Source of the DNA: Octopus vulgaris
Lineage: Eukaryota
Reading direction: 5' to 3'
NCBI GenBank assembly: GCA_951406725.2
Contig: OX597825.1
Coordinates: 56,420,001-56,484,000, forward strand
DNA length: 64,000 nucleotides
The notes beneath the pieces are model-generated. The model had not been told where the DNA came from. It worked only from the letters and a program-made list of their open reading frames with translations, and searched no databases. Within the stretch, counting starts at the first letter, position 1. The number at the start of each line of letters is the position of its first letter. Shown here one piece after another: positions 27,912-42,957 of this stretch. The translations under genes were made by a program, and so were the position numbers.

Positions 27912-28496
27912 CAATGCATACATACATACACATATATGCATACATGTATGTGCGCGCACACGCGCATATATGTGTGTATGTATCAGTATTTTTTGTTTGC
28001 GAGTGTGTCTGCGTTTTTCTGTGAGTGTGAGAAAGAGAGAGAGTACAGTTTAGATTATTATTTGATTGTATGTGAGAGAAGGAGTGGTTCCGACACTAAC
28101 CACTAGTAGCGTCTAGTTCTGATAGTTAAAAGCATTTTTATTACAAGACTGCAGTGAACCAACCGAACCATTGGACACAACAACAATTTCAACATGTAGA
28201 TCTTGTTTCTTATATTCAATTAATAATATTCTTGTTCCATATGGGGAAAATATAGAGCCAAAAAAGAGACTTTTATGAAAACATAAACAAGAGAAAGACA
28301 AATAAACAGAACATGAAAAACATATTTATATATATATATATATATATACACGCATACATATATACATATGTATGTATGTATGCATGTGTGTATGTATGTA
28401 TGTATGTATGTATGTATGTATGTATGTATGTATGTATGTGTATGTATGTATGTATGTATGTATGCATCTATGTATATATCTATGTATCTATGTATA

Positions 28497-29361
28497 CAGG
28501 GTGCGGTGAATAAGCTGTCTTCTAAATTACGCAAAAATGAAAATTACACTGACATCTCATTTTAACATATATATTTACCAAAATTACATAAAGGTATATT
28601 GATATACTAAAGAGTAAATTTAGTCAATAAAATCGCCATTGGCTTCCACCACGGACTCCAGACGAAATTGGCATCTCCTGCAACTCCTCTGGATGGCCTC
28701 TTTGTTTAAGTTGGGGAATACTGCCATAATCCTTGTCTTCAGTTCATCTTTAGTGTTACAAGGAGTTTATTTGGTCTCTCGTTTAACTGCGCCCTGCATA
28801 TAATAATCAAAGAGGTTGCAGTCTGGGGAGTTAAGTGGCCAGATTTTAGGATGATGTGATCGCAGAAATTGTCTGACTGCCATGACTGAGTTCTCCTACT
28901 TGTGTGGCATAATGCAGAGTCCTGTTACCAGTCAGAGGGACTTCCATTAGCTAATCTTTTGACTCAAGGCAACCCAACCATCTGCAGGTACTTGATGTAA
29001 GCTTCCGTGTGGAGTATGAGGCCGTGTGAGAAGATTAATGGAGACATAACCTCACCATCACTAGTGATCATTCCAAACACCTTGATGTTGACTGTATGTT
29101 TCATTTTATTACTTTCAGTACATGTCCTCAGATTGGCCCCAAAACACTTTGAAATGTTCGTATTGGAGATTCAAGCGTGATTTCCAAGCAGTACAGTTTG
29201 TCATTTCCAACTTTCTGGCAAAGTGAATTGCGCCATGGTGCTGTTTTTCTCACACATGGTGCCCAACGGAACCTACTGTTTAGTCGACAAAATCAAAAAC
29301 AAACTATGCGCATGCGCAAAATTAAGAATATAAATGGCGACAATTTGCCCATCGGACCCTG
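28497..29361 (-). mobile_element. Internally deleted copy of the same Tc1/maT-like family as 20092-21356
   Basis: TA-cagggt...accctg-TA ends. The minus strand encodes WPLNSPDCNLFDYY, and about 430 bp of the transposase middle is missing relative to the first copy. Confidence 0.85.
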
Positions 29362-29395
29362 TATGTATGTATGTATATATATATATATATATATA

Positions 29396-30762
29396 GGATC
29401 TTTTCTATTTTGAGGCCAGTTTTTTCAAATTTTTCCTACTGAACCAAACAATTTGAAACTTCGTATACTGGTAGAATGTGTCAAAAGTAAACTTAATTGT
29501 AAACCAGAATGAAAACGGAATTGTAACTTCTAAGTTTAACGTTGTTTAATAATTAGAATTTTAACCAATGATATTCCGTCATTCGGCTTTATTTTATTTA
29601 CTCCGTCTCGACCACCAATTTCGTGACGTATTTAACATCTTAAATGTAAACAAGTCAGCCACCTTCTAATAACAATATTTAAAACTAGTTAATAAGCCAC
29701 ATGTATTAAATTGAAAATGTTTCCATTCTGTATGTCTGCATGTATGTGTGTGTGTATGTATGTGTAAGTATGTGTGTGTGTGTATGTATGTGTGTGTGTG
29801 TATGTATGTATAGCCGATTCATCGTAATCGTAATTACGATGAATTGGCCATACATACATAGATACATACACACACACACATACATGCAGACATACATATA
29901 CACATACACCGAGTAAAAAATTTCAGTTATCTCTCTCTTTCACACATTACTCTCTCTGTCTCTTCACACACACTAACAGAAGCACTTCACTTACACAACA
30001 TACTGTCTCCCACACCCCATCAAACACACACACACACACATGTACATCAATGCTTCCCTAGACCAGGGGTGGGCAAACTACGGCCCGCCATAGGTTTTCA
30101 TGCGGCCCGCCGAGAGCTTTTATGAATCCCAACTTCTATGCAGATACTTCGTAACTGTACGGTAATTCACAATATTTTCAGTTGATTTTTATAAATGAGG
30201 CCCGCCAAGGTTCCAAAGACGCACTGTGCGGCCCGCGATCAAAAAGGTTTGCCCACCCCTGCCCTAGACGGTAACTTCAAAGACAAACTTCCCTCGTCAT
30301 AAAATCGCTTCCTCTTAGTCTCTTTCGCTCTCATTACTTATGTAAAAAAATAAAAGTTTTTTACGAAATCGACGGAAAACTTGTGCTACGACAAGCGAAA
30401 CTTCGCCGAAATTTAATATTAAAAAAGCAAAGAGCTGGCAGAAACGTTAGCACGCCGGGCGAAATGCGTAGCCGTATTTCGTCTGCCGTGTTTGTTTACA
30501 GTTTTCCGAACGTTAGTACGTCACAAAAGCGCTTTCTACGTCACACTAATAGAATGCAGTCAAGTTTTACACATGAAAACAAACAATCTGATTGGTTAAA
30601 ATTCGCAGTTTTAATCTACGATTAAAGTCATAAAATAGATTTTTCTCAAATAAACTAGTTCCAACCTGTGTCTTGTTTTGCTAGACTCTATCAGCATACG
30701 AAGTTTCAGATTATTTAGTTAAGTAGAAAGATCTGTGGTCCTGGCTTCAGAATAGAAAAGAT

Positions 30763-30764
<2 letters not shown>
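29396..30764. mobile_element. Non-autonomous TIR DNA transposon inserted in (TA)n, hosting nested insertions
   Basis: ggatcttttctattttgaggccag pairs with ctggcttcagaatagaaaagatcc; imperfect pairing extends about 100 bp (gaaacttcgtatactggtaga / tctatcagcatacgaagtttc). TA on both sides. Confidence 0.8.
30064..30261. mobile_element. hAT (Charlie-type) MITE
   Basis: TIRs caggggtgggcaaac / gtttgcccacccctg, perfect 8-bp TSD ccctagac, subterminal cggcccgc repeats. Confidence 0.95.
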
Positions 30765-30835
<71 letters not shown>

Positions 30836-30839
<4 letters not shown>

Positions 30840-31036
30840 AACGTTTACATGAAAATAAACAAAAGACGAAGGTAGGTGGAGTACAAACAAACAAATGTAT
30901 TAGTATAGCGCTCAGGAATAGAAATACGTTTCGAGCCTACGCTCTTCGACAGAAAGATACACAGAAAAAAAAAAAACAAGGAGAGAAACAAGGAGAGAAA
31001 GAAAATGCGTGTAGGAGCTAACGATCTATCATGGCA
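30836..31036 (-). mobile_element. Repeat family B copy with HHR-like motif (30925-30957)
   Basis: tcttt-CTGTCGA-a-gagc(gtag)gctc-GAAA-cg-TA; the 3' arm of stem I is deleted. Confidence 0.75.
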
Positions 31037-31206
31037 TCCTAGGAAAACGTTTGGGAAACAACCGGAGAAGGGAAAGATAAAATAATGATGTTTGTTGATG
31101 AAGAGCTGGGTGTAATTTGCGATAAATTACCACTCCCTAGTTACCTCTCCCTCACTCTTTCTCTCACACACACTCATGCACGCACACACACACATGCACA
31201 CTCATG

Positions 31207-31241
<35 letters not shown>

Positions 31242-31459
31242 ACGCACACACACACACGCACGCACACACAGACAGACAAATACATATTCCCGCTCCTCAG
31301 TAATATTTTATATAGTGACATCGCTCTCATTGGTCTGCCGAGAGAGGACACTTTGTAACGTTGCCCTTGTTGTGATGGTAATGACGGAGGTGGAGGACCT
31401 GATGGTGGTGCTGCCGCTTTTGTTTTATGATTTATATTATTATCATTTCTTTCGTCTTT

Positions 31460-31605
31460 ACATTCTGAGTTCAAATACCGCCGAGGTCGACTTTGCCTTT
31501 CGTTCTTTTGGGGTCAATAAATTAAGTACCAGTGAAACACTGCGGTCGATATAATTTTGACTATTGCCTCTCCCCAAATTTCAGGCCTTGTACCTTTTGT
31601 AGGAA
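31460..31605 (+). mobile_element. tRNA-derived SINE family A (partial)
   Basis: ttctgagttcaaataccgccgaggtcgactttgcctttcgttcttttggggtcaataaattaagtaccagt. Confidence 0.8.
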
Positions 31606-31626
31606 GTATTCTTCTTCTTCTTCTTC

Positions 31627-31709
<83 letters not shown>

Positions 31710-31754
31710 ATTATTATTATTATTTATTATCATTATTATTATTATTATTTATTA

Positions 31755-31839
<85 letters not shown>

Positions 31840-33872
31840 TAGTAGTAGTAGTAGTAGTAGTAGAGTAATGTTGTTGTTGTTCTTTATTGCTTCGTTTTAT
31901 ATTGATCATTTCTTGCATTTTCACAACAGATATAAATCAGTTGTTTTTAAACTACACGTATATATATTCACACATGTTGACGCAATCTCACGCGCACACA
32001 CATACACATATGAATACATATATGACTGTTTTTTTGATACACGCACTAATATATTTGTATACTAGTGCGAACACCAAATCTTTAAGATAGCATGTTTTAC
32101 ATTAGTTTGGTATCATTGTATGACATATTCATATAGTGTAGCGAGTGTTCATTACTAAACGCAACATCATTGTGGATACTGTTAACCTATTTACATTTAA
32201 TGTAGCAAAAAATTGAACTCATCTCATTCACATTATTGTCACCCTTTTGATGCAAAGCGACCGAAAGTAGTATATTCTTTGTTTATATATAACATGCAAA
32301 TATATAATTATATATTGATACATACAGAATGAAAATGAAGCAAAGCAGGCTGATATGTACCTATAAAGTAGCAATGTAATTTTAGTATTACTCATGTTAA
32401 AGTATTGGGTATACATACTCAACTGTACCCCACCGATGTTGTTTCCTCATAACTTCCAGAGAAATAGACATATTTAAGGACATTTTCCCCAAACACGCTT
32501 CGGGTGCCGCAGATTCCAATTCTATCGGAATTTGTTATGAAAAAGCATTGTTTATCGGGAGAGTGGAGAGAGGAGTGTCAGACAATTCACAAGAGTCAGC
32601 TTGCTTTCTTTATAACTTTTGGAAAAATGAGTATATTTAAAAGAAAATTTCTACAATGTTTTTTATAGTGTTAAATATTGAATATATAGGAATTTGATGA
32701 GAAAAGAAAACGGTGAGCCCGCACATGTATATACTGACACATATCAATTTTTTTTTAAATTTTAAGTTTCATTTTGTAGATATATGTGATGTGTATCAGT
32801 ATGTATGTGTGTGTCCCACCAATATTTTTTCTGATCTAATTCTGATATAACATTAATCTACACACTCTGAAATGTGTTTGATGGGGAAAAATGTTCATTT
32901 TTCTGATAGTTTTGAGAAAACGAAGGACACTTGTCAGAATTTTACGAAAATCCTCAAACTACCCTTGCAAAAATATTTCCACAATAAATCCTAATATTAT
33001 CGGAATCTACACGATGCGCAATAACTGTAGCCCGCTAATGAACACTTCGCTCATACCGGTTACTTATATTATTGCTCATGCATAATCAGAAGTTCATAAT
33101 AAGCATGTATCTTTAAAAATTATAATCGAAGATATTTATGTTAAAGCAATGGCTATACATACACAAATGTGCCCCAGTGATTTTGTGTACTCATAACTTC
33201 CACCAAAATGTATATTTTTTGAATGAAACTTTCTTCAAATATGCTTCAGATGGTCTACATTTCAAGTTATATCTGAATTTCGTTGGAAAAAGAAGTGTTT
33301 TCGGGAGGATGGGAAAAGTTTCAGAAAATTCAAACAAGTCGGATTTGATTCCTTATGACTTTCGAAATAATGTGTATTTTTAAATGAAAATTTCGATAAA
33401 TATGTTTTAGATTATGATTACATCGGATTTTAATATGAAAATAAAAATTGGTGGGACAGCACAGAAAGATATTGATACACTTGGTCTTCACAAGAAATTC
33501 TGACATAATCAGAATCTAATGTCTAAAGCATACTTTTGAAAATTTCATTAAAGAATATCAATTTTTCTGGGAGTTCTGAGGTAAAAATTCGTTGCAGCAC
33601 ATAATGGTAGTCAGGGTGCAGCTAACTACAGCCTGTTATTGTATGGGTTAGCGGAAATTCATAGGAGGCATGCATTTTTTAAATAATAATCGTACTTTTA
33701 TATGTGTGCGCGCGTGTGTGTGTGTGTGTGTGTATAGACAGAGACACACACACAGACAGACACATACATGCATACGTACATACATACATATATACGTACA
33801 TATATGCATACATACATACATACGAACGTACATACGTACATACATATATATACACATATATGCATGCATACA

Positions 33873-33904
<32 letters not shown>

Positions 33905-34183
33905 CACATATATGCATACATACATACATACATACATACATACATGCATATATATTCCTGCGAGTTTGTGTCTTTGCGCATGTCTTTATTTTCGAATGAC
34001 ATTAGTATACATGATATAATATATTTGCATACGGATGTCTGTATATTGAATTATATGCATATATATATAAATAATTTTCTAACACACACAGTTATACATG
34101 TCTGTGTGAATGCCTGTGTGTCGCAATATGTTAACATAATATAAATCTATGTAAAAGAATATATATGAAAAAGGATATCTGCA

Positions 34184-34292
<109 letters not shown>

Positions 34293-34592
34293 TATACACT
34301 CACATACATACATGTTTATTAAGAAGTAATTTTTTTAATATACATAAACCATTTCCGCCATGCTTCTTGTCTTTTGTCATCAACTCAGATGGAAGTTTCA
34401 ATATAAATGAAGAATGTTTTATCTACGGCATTCTGTACCTCGACCCTTTTAACGTAGTAATCTAAATTCACGCTTTTGGCAACTCAGCTCTTTTTCCTTT
34501 TTAATTATGCAAATATTGCCTTTAGCCAATAATATATGTAACTTTATTTTGCCAACACTTAAGCACAGAACAACTGATTTTTGCAGACTTTA

Positions 34593-34635
34593 TTCTGCTG
34601 GTGAGTTCTGAATAAACCGAAACATATGTCCATAG
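34593..34635 (+). ncRNA. Degenerate minimal type I hammerhead motif
   Basis: ttctg-CTGGTGA-gtt(ctgaata)aacc-GAAA-catatg-TC-catag. Palindromic stem III (acatatgt), GUC triplet, one core change. Confidence 0.55.
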
Positions 34636-35336
34636 TTCTCCTATTGCCTGCAGAGATTATATTGAACTTTCGTGAACTTGCCAAATTCATTGTTAATTTC
34701 ATGAAGCTAATTCCATTCTACCGTAATGCGCAACTAAACACAATCTCGAATATACACACTGTGCTTATGGTTGACTTTAACTATCCAGATGTGTGTGTAT
34801 GTATGTGTTTGCGTGTTTGTGTGTGTGTGTGTGTGTGTGTGTTTGCGTGCCTGGTAATGGTGTTTTATTCTTAATCATATATTCGACAGTTTGGTATCTG
34901 CACCACCATGTTATGGGGTGTATTCTAGAGCAGAGCAACTCATTTTGTATTGTATTAATCTACTAAGCGCAAAATAATATCGTCCAGTGGCTAACTGGTG
35001 CGGACATTTTCCTTCCAGCTTTCACAACCGCGATGTTAGGCTGGATGAAGGATAGGAGGTCCGTTCATGATTACTTAAACTGCTCAATCAATTCACGAAT
35101 GCATGATACATACTAATAGATTATGCTCGCTTGCGAGTTTGTATGAAGAGGTATAATAAATATCATTGAAATATATGTAAGACCTTCTATTTATAAATGT
35201 TCTAAAATCTTCACAGCCTTGGTTTTTATCTCATTCTGAAAAAATAATTATATATAAAAACGCTGATATATGACCTACGTTGGACTCCTTACCTGACACC
35301 TTTGGGTCTTCCTGACACCATTACCTCTCATAACCT

Positions 35337-35398
<62 letters not shown>

Positions 35399-35447
35399 GT
35401 GTGCATATAAATAGGCAGACATCCCTTTTCATATACATCTTATAGTC

Positions 35448-35605
35448 GCAGGCGTGGCTGTGTAGTTAGAAGCTTGCTTCCCAAACACATGGTTCCAAAT
35501 TCAGTCTCCACTGCGTGGCACCTTGAGCGAGTGTGTTCAACTATAGCCTCGAGCCGACCAAAGCTTTGTAAATGGATTTGGTAGACGGAAACTTAAAGAA
35601 GCCAC
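35448..35605 (+). mobile_element. tRNA-derived SINE family C
   Basis: gcaggcgtggctgtgtagttagaagcttgcttccc...ctgcgtggcaccttgagcgagtgtgttcaactatagcctcgagccgaccaaagc. Confidence 0.8.
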
Positions 35606-35865
35606 ATTCAAAAATAGTGTCAGTGTATAAAATTACTAAATGAATAAATATTTGAAAATATTTATATAGATATTATTATCAATTATTATCATTAGTAAGA
35701 TGATAATAACAACAATAATATAGGTGGGCAATAAACGAAAGCCGATAAATGGCAAATCCAAAATTTTATAATTAATTTCTAATTGTAATAGTGCACACAC
35801 GGTGCCAGCATCGCTGTGAAAATCAGAGTAGAAAAATCCTCTAAGAAAACTACCAATCACAGATG

Positions 35866-35923
<58 letters not shown>

Positions 35924-35941
35924 TATTGATGTTGATATAAA

Positions 35942-36292
35942 TTAGATAAACTTAGATAAACTTAGACATGTTTCGACCAAAGATTGGTCTAGGGCATGTC
36001 TAACTTAATAGCACCACCTGATATGATTATATAAATCCTGTTTAAGTCAAGTTTTGTTTGTGGTCCATTCAAGTAGTGAGTTTTTGTTGGGTGAGTTGTA
36101 TCCAATTATGGGTGGCTTATCTGGTATTCCTCGAAGGAATCTATCCAGACTCCGTTTAAAGTTGATGGGATCCTTTTCCTCTTTGATCTCTTTCGGGACA
36201 ATGTTCAATAGGGCAGGTCCTGTTAAGGAAAAGAAATTATGTTGCAGTGTACATATATGCTGTGATCCAGAATTGGGCAGGGGACGTATATA
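35942..36292 (-). mobile_element. 3' end of a CR1/L2-group LINE
   Basis: Minus strand translates HNFFSLTGPALLNIVPKEIKEEKDPINFKRSLDRFLRGIPDKPPIIGYNSPNKNSLLEW, homologous to the end of ORF 41472-42050. Shared 3' UTR caggtggtgctattaagttagacatg and short tandem tail. Confidence 0.85.
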
Positions 36293-36299
36293 GAGGGAA

Positions 36300-36332
<33 letters not shown>

Positions 36333-36343
36333 TAGATAGATAA

Positions 36344-36473
<130 letters not shown>

Positions 36474-36916
36474 TTCTGCTGAAAATTTTTATCATATATT
36501 TAGGATTATGTAAATATTTCTCTGGCCTGAACCATCTGGATTCCCTTCAGTCATTTTCCTTTTTATTCTTTTTAATATATTTCATCTCTAATAGAAAATC
36601 GCCCATTTCAAGTATGTATAGCAATCCTCATATCAAATATGTAATATCTCTAGTAATACACACTGAAAAGTTGAGTTTAGGCGAAACTCCAAGGTCACTT
36701 TTAACTTTCAAAAATGTTTTAGTCTACGTAAAGGATTGAGTTCTTTATATACAAATCAGAATATCTATATTGTAGCATATTTGGACATGCGTGTGACTGT
36801 CTGGAAATAGGAAATTGTGTATCTGTATATGCACATATATGTGTATTTGTGTGTGAGAAAACATATATATGTGCACACATTTATATACACATAGTGATAT
36901 ATAAATATAAATGTGT

Positions 36917-36955
<39 letters not shown>

Positions 36956-36965
36956 TTTAAGTAGG

Positions 36966-37004
<39 letters not shown>

Positions 37005-37501
37005 ACGTACATATATATATAAATATATATACGCATATATATAAATATATATATATATGATATATATATATATATATATATATAAAAAAAAAAAACATGT
37101 ACGTATCATATATGTACTATATGTACATATATATATCATATATATATGTTTATATGCATATATGCTTATATGTATATATGTGTGTATATACGTACGTATG
37201 TACGTATACATGCAGGTATGTATGTATGTATGTATGTATGTATGTATGTATGTATGTATGTATGTATGTATATAAAGCTACATATAGGAAGACATTATTT
37301 TCGGGGCATATTATTTTCTGATATTTTACATATATTTTTTTTATTTTCTTTTAGTCGTTTTAATTTCAGCTTGTTGCCATTTATAAATTTATCAATTTAT
37401 GTGTTCAACGTTAGAAGTGCTTATTATAATTTTTTGTGTATTTCTTTTTCATTATTACATTCTACCATGAACGATACCATCATCATCATCATCTTCATGA
37501 C

Positions 37502-37556
<55 letters not shown>

Positions 37557-37845
37557 GTTATCATCATCATCATCTTCATCATCATCATCATCATCATCAC
37601 CATCATCATAATCACAATAACTTTCAACGTCAATAACTAACCAGAGGAAGGAAATGGTAAAAGTAGGTAAATGTCTAACATATATTTTGAGGACAACAAA
37701 TGCATAGACATACACAAACACACACACACACACATACACATATACATGTATAGTTATGTATATATGTGAGTAAATATATATCCATATATATATGTGTGTG
37801 TGTGAGTGTGTGTGTAAATACACACATATTTATGAATATATATAT

Positions 37846-37886
<41 letters not shown>

Positions 37887-37996
37887 ATATGTTATCACAA
37901 AAACACTCATGAACTCACTTGCAATATGTATGTATCCGTATGCTTGTATGTATGTATATATTTATATATATGTATATATATATGTATGTATATATG

Positions 37997-38036
<40 letters not shown>

Positions 38037-38429
38037 ATTGCCTATATATTGCAGAGACAATATAAATGCTTACATATACACATAAATGGAATGGTACAGA
38101 CAGTAATAATATACCAGTAACTTGATCGCAGCCCTCCCCGCGCCCAAAAAACCCTCCTCAGGGTCACACAATGCTAAAGACGACTACAATTCTATACATG
38201 CTGTTGTCCTTGCTATCGCTGTTGCTGATGATGATGCACTTGCTTTTGTTGTTGATGGTGATGATGATGGTAATAATCAGGGGAAGGGGGACGGGGTGAA
38301 TGGAAAGCTTAACGTGAAGGATGTGAATTATAATTTTTTTCTTTTTTTTTTCGAATTTATGTTTCAATGGATAGACTATAAACTTCCGTTTGTAGTTGAA
38401 TTTTACTATTGTTACTGAAATAAATATTT

Positions 38430-38462
38430 TTATCACAATTATTATTATTATTATTATTATTA

Positions 38463-38509
<47 letters not shown>

Positions 38510-38631
38510 GTTGTTATTATTATTATTATTATTTTTATTTTTATTATTATCATCATTATTTTTATTATCATCATCATTATTATTATCATTATTATTCCTG
38601 TTATTATTATTGTTATTATTGCTATTATTAC

Positions 38632-38665
<34 letters not shown>

Positions 38666-38935
38666 ATTATTATTATTAATATTATTATTATTATTGTTAT
38701 TATTATTATTATTATTTCCATTATTATTACTATTCTTATTGTTGTTAATGTTATTCTCATAATTATTAGTACTAGTAATATTATTATTATTATTATTATT
38801 ATTATTTTTGGTCTTATTATTACTCTTATTAATATTATTATTATCATTATTATTATTATTACTATTATTAATATTATTATTGTCATTATTACAATCATTA
38901 ATTTTATTATAATTATTATCTTCATTATTATTATT

Positions 38936-38979
<44 letters not shown>

Positions 38980-38984
38980 CATCA

Positions 38985-39031
<47 letters not shown>

Positions 39032-39153
39032 GTAATTATTATTATTATTGCTGTTATTACTATTAATATTATTATTGATATTATTTTCATTATTATTACT
39101 ATTCTTATTGTTGTTAATATTATTCTCATAATTATTAGTACTAGTACTATTAC

Positions 39154-39223
<70 letters not shown>

Positions 39224-39225
39224 AT
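38430..39225. repeat. About 800-bp degenerate (ATT)n array with an internal higher-order duplication
   Basis: cattattattactattcttattgttgttaat(g/a)ttattctcataattattagtactagta occurs at about 38720 and about 39090. Confidence 0.9.
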
Positions 39226-39494
39226 TTTCATTTTTGTATATGTTACACTTCTTTGTATTTTAGACTTATTTTTGATATTCTACTGAGGTTGAATACTTTT
39301 ACAAACATTTAAAATTTTTCAAAACCTAGACTCTCTCAAAAGCACAGGAAAACCACACGCACACGACACCCACTCTACTACAGGCAAACAGACTCCGTCT
39401 CCCTCACTTTCACTCCATCTCTATCTATCTCTTTCTCCCTCTCTATCTCTCTCGCACGTTTTCTTTCATCTCACTTACATACGCATGAACATAC

Positions 39495-39554
<60 letters not shown>

Positions 39555-39698
39555 ATGGGAAGATATATAGAGCTGTGTTTAAACTTAACTGTGTTCATTT
39601 TTTAATCAATAATTCACATCACTTTTATGTGGTTTAAAGTCGAGATTTTACGTGAGGCGGGTATGGGAGACATTTGAATCAGCCCATTATCTAATCCG

Positions 39699-39731
<33 letters not shown>

Positions 39732-39734
39732 ATG

Positions 39735-39781
<47 letters not shown>

Positions 39782-40003
39782 GTATATATATATGTATATA
39801 TATACATATATATACATAAGTACATGTATATATATTTATGTAAATATATATATTTGTATATATATGTATATATATATATAGATATATAGATATGCACATA
39901 TGTATATATATATATATTTATGTGTGCGTGTGCGTGTATGTATATCTATATGTATATATATATAACTCTATATATACGTATATCTACATATGTGTATATA
40001 TAT

Positions 40004-40059
<56 letters not shown>

Positions 40060-40234
40060 ATATGTATATATCGTATGCAAAATAACATGTCACTTGAATA
40101 ATTATACTCATATCATATGTATATATGCATATATACTTGTGTCGCGAGACAGAGGTTCAGACAGATACAACCACACACACACACACACACACAACAAACG
40201 CACACACACACACACACACACACACAGACATGTG

Positions 40235-40277
<43 letters not shown>

Positions 40278-40358
40278 ATAACTTTTCACATGTAACTCAT
40301 TTATATATAATGGTGCAATGAATGCTATGATTTTGAACAATATTCCAAAGGTAGATTT

Positions 40359-40403
<45 letters not shown>

Positions 40404-40718
40404 TTTGATAGATACATACATACATATATATATATATACATACATATAAATATATATATATATGTACATATACATATATATATATATTTATATATATATA
40501 TAGTATCATATATATAACATGTATAGCAGAAGGTTATACATATGCACATATTAATATGTGTGTGTATGTTTCTAAATCCACATATGTATTTATACATATA
40601 CATGTATAACTGCATATAAACTCCCACGTACTAATATGTTTTATTCTTCGCGTATTTCATTTGTGCAGATACAAATAATTGTATATATACGTATTTATGT
40701 GTACGTATGTACATACAC

Positions 40719-40764
<46 letters not shown>

Positions 40765-40805
40765 CCCGTACATGTTCAAAGTAGTTCAAGAATTTTATAC
40801 TCGTA

Positions 40806-40862
<57 letters not shown>

Positions 40863-40986
40863 CGTATGTATATATGCATTTATATGTCCGTATGTGCATA
40901 TCGATGTTTATATACATGTGTGTTTATCTATATAGCTATATATATATATATATATCTATATGTATATATATATATATATATGTATA

Positions 40987-41074
<88 letters not shown>

Positions 41075-41390
41075 AAATAGAGAAATAGATAGAAACATAT
41101 ATAGATTATAGATATGTACATCCATAGATTTCTTTTAGGTTGTCAGACTATAGCTTCATCTGACATACTATACATGTATATGAGTGTACTTATATAATAT
41201 ATGATAATGTACATTAAGTCAGTTATTTATTCGTTTCTATACTGTTCTTCATTTAATGAATCCCAGAGTGAAGTGAATACTCTGTCAAAGGAGTTCTATT
41301 ACTCTTAGAAAGAAGCGTATTTTATTTCGTTTCGTTTGTTTACATTCTATTTTCAGCATTTCTGTGTATCCATAACATATATATATATAT

Positions 41391-42130
41391 CAGAGACTTG
41401 GGAATAACAGTGGACAACAACATAAGCTTGGCTACACATATAAGCAGCAAAGTTGACATGGCCCGCAGAATGTGTTCCTGGATTCTCAGAGAGATTCCCA
41501 CACTATTATCCATCTCTTCTCCACTTTTGCCCGACCCCACTTTGAATACTGCTGTCCACTGTGGTCTCCCTACACAAAACAAAATATTATGAGAATTGAT
41601 GCTCCCCAAAGGTCAAGCACAAAAAAGATAGATGGCATGTCAGACCTTGACTACTGGGGTAGACTAGAGAAGCTGAAACTGTATTCACTCCAACGACGCC
41701 GTGAACGCTACATTATCTGTATGATGTGGAAAATATTCCATCAGCACTGTCCGAATGATGTTGGCATCACCTTCAAAATACATCCAAGGCTTGGACCGCG
41801 TGCCATCCGTCCACAACAAAAATCTAAATCGCGTCACATAACGACAATACGGCACAATTATTTCACCTCAATTGGACCCGCTCTCTTCAACATTACACCA
41901 GGACACGTCAAAACGGAAACTGACCACACAAAATTCAAGAAGTCTTTGGACAAATTCCTTCAAACAGTCCCGGACAAACCACCCACACCCGGATATGTCT
42001 CCGCAAACAATAACTCTCAGCTCGAATGGGCCTCAGTGCCCAAATCCTGAATTGAAAGACTTCGCCAGGTGGTGCTATTAAGTTAGACATGGCCTGGGCC
42101 AATACTGGCCAAAATCTTTATAAGTTATTC
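41391..42130 (+). mobile_element. 5'-truncated CR1/L2-group LINE (C-terminal post-RT region of ORF2 and 3' UTR)
   Basis: RDLGITVDNNISLATHI..., one frameshift, then RPHFEYCCPLWSP...QRSSTKKIDGMSDLDYWGRLEKLKLYSLQRRRERY. Confidence 0.9.
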
Positions 42131-42261
42131 TAAGTTATATATATATATATATGTATGTATGTATGTATGTGTGTATGTATGTATGTATGTATGTATGTAT
42201 GTATGTATGTATGTATGTATGATTGTATGTATGTATGTGTGTGTTTGTGTGTGTGTGTATG

Positions 42262-42292
<31 letters not shown>

Positions 42293-42391
42293 GTGTATGT
42301 ATATATATGTATATGTATATATATGTGTGTATATATGTATATATATATATATATATCTGTATATATATGTGTGTATATATGTATATATATA

Positions 42392-42443
<52 letters not shown>

Positions 42444-42694
42444 CATAGAGAGAGAGAGAGAGCGAGAGAGATGTATACATATTCTTTTATACTACTGCTT
42501 GTTTTTGGTAATGTGACTACCACCATGCTGGAGCACTGCTTTTAATCGAAAAAATTGAACTTAAGTGTTAGTCTTTGTACGCCTAGTGCTTACTCTATCG
42601 AACCGCAAATTGACAGGGACGTAACCACGCCGAAATCCGTTGTCAAACGATGGTGGGGGAAAAGAGGGACAGACAAATACATATATATATATCC

Positions 42695-42855
42695 TACGGT
42701 CTTCTTCAGTTTCCGTCTACCAAAATCCATTCAGACGGATTTGGTCGGCCCAAGGCTACAGTATAAGACACTTACCCAACGTGTTACGTAGTAGGACTGA
42801 ACCCGGGACCATGTGGTCGGGAACCAATCTTCTTACAACCCAGCCATTCCTGTGC
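42695..42855 (-). mobile_element. tRNA-derived SINE family C
   Basis: cttcttcagtttccgtctaccaaatccattc...ggtcggcccaaggctacagtataagacacttacccaac...ggactgaacccgggaccatgtgg. Confidence 0.8.
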
Positions 42856-42957
42856 GTATATATATGGATATGTTTGTGTATGCATTTGTATGTATCTATA
42901 TATAAAAACATATGATATATATATATATATTATAATTATGATCATAATTATATTTTG

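Noticed and set aside
32420-33640. Region with scattered short inverted and direct motifs, possibly an old DNA transposon
   Set aside because: Could not define termini, TSD or coding remnants by eye.
35962-36003. GAAACATGTC on the minus strand looking like the 3' half of an HHR
   Set aside because: No CUGANGA; catgtctaa simply closes the LINE 3' stem with ttagacatg.
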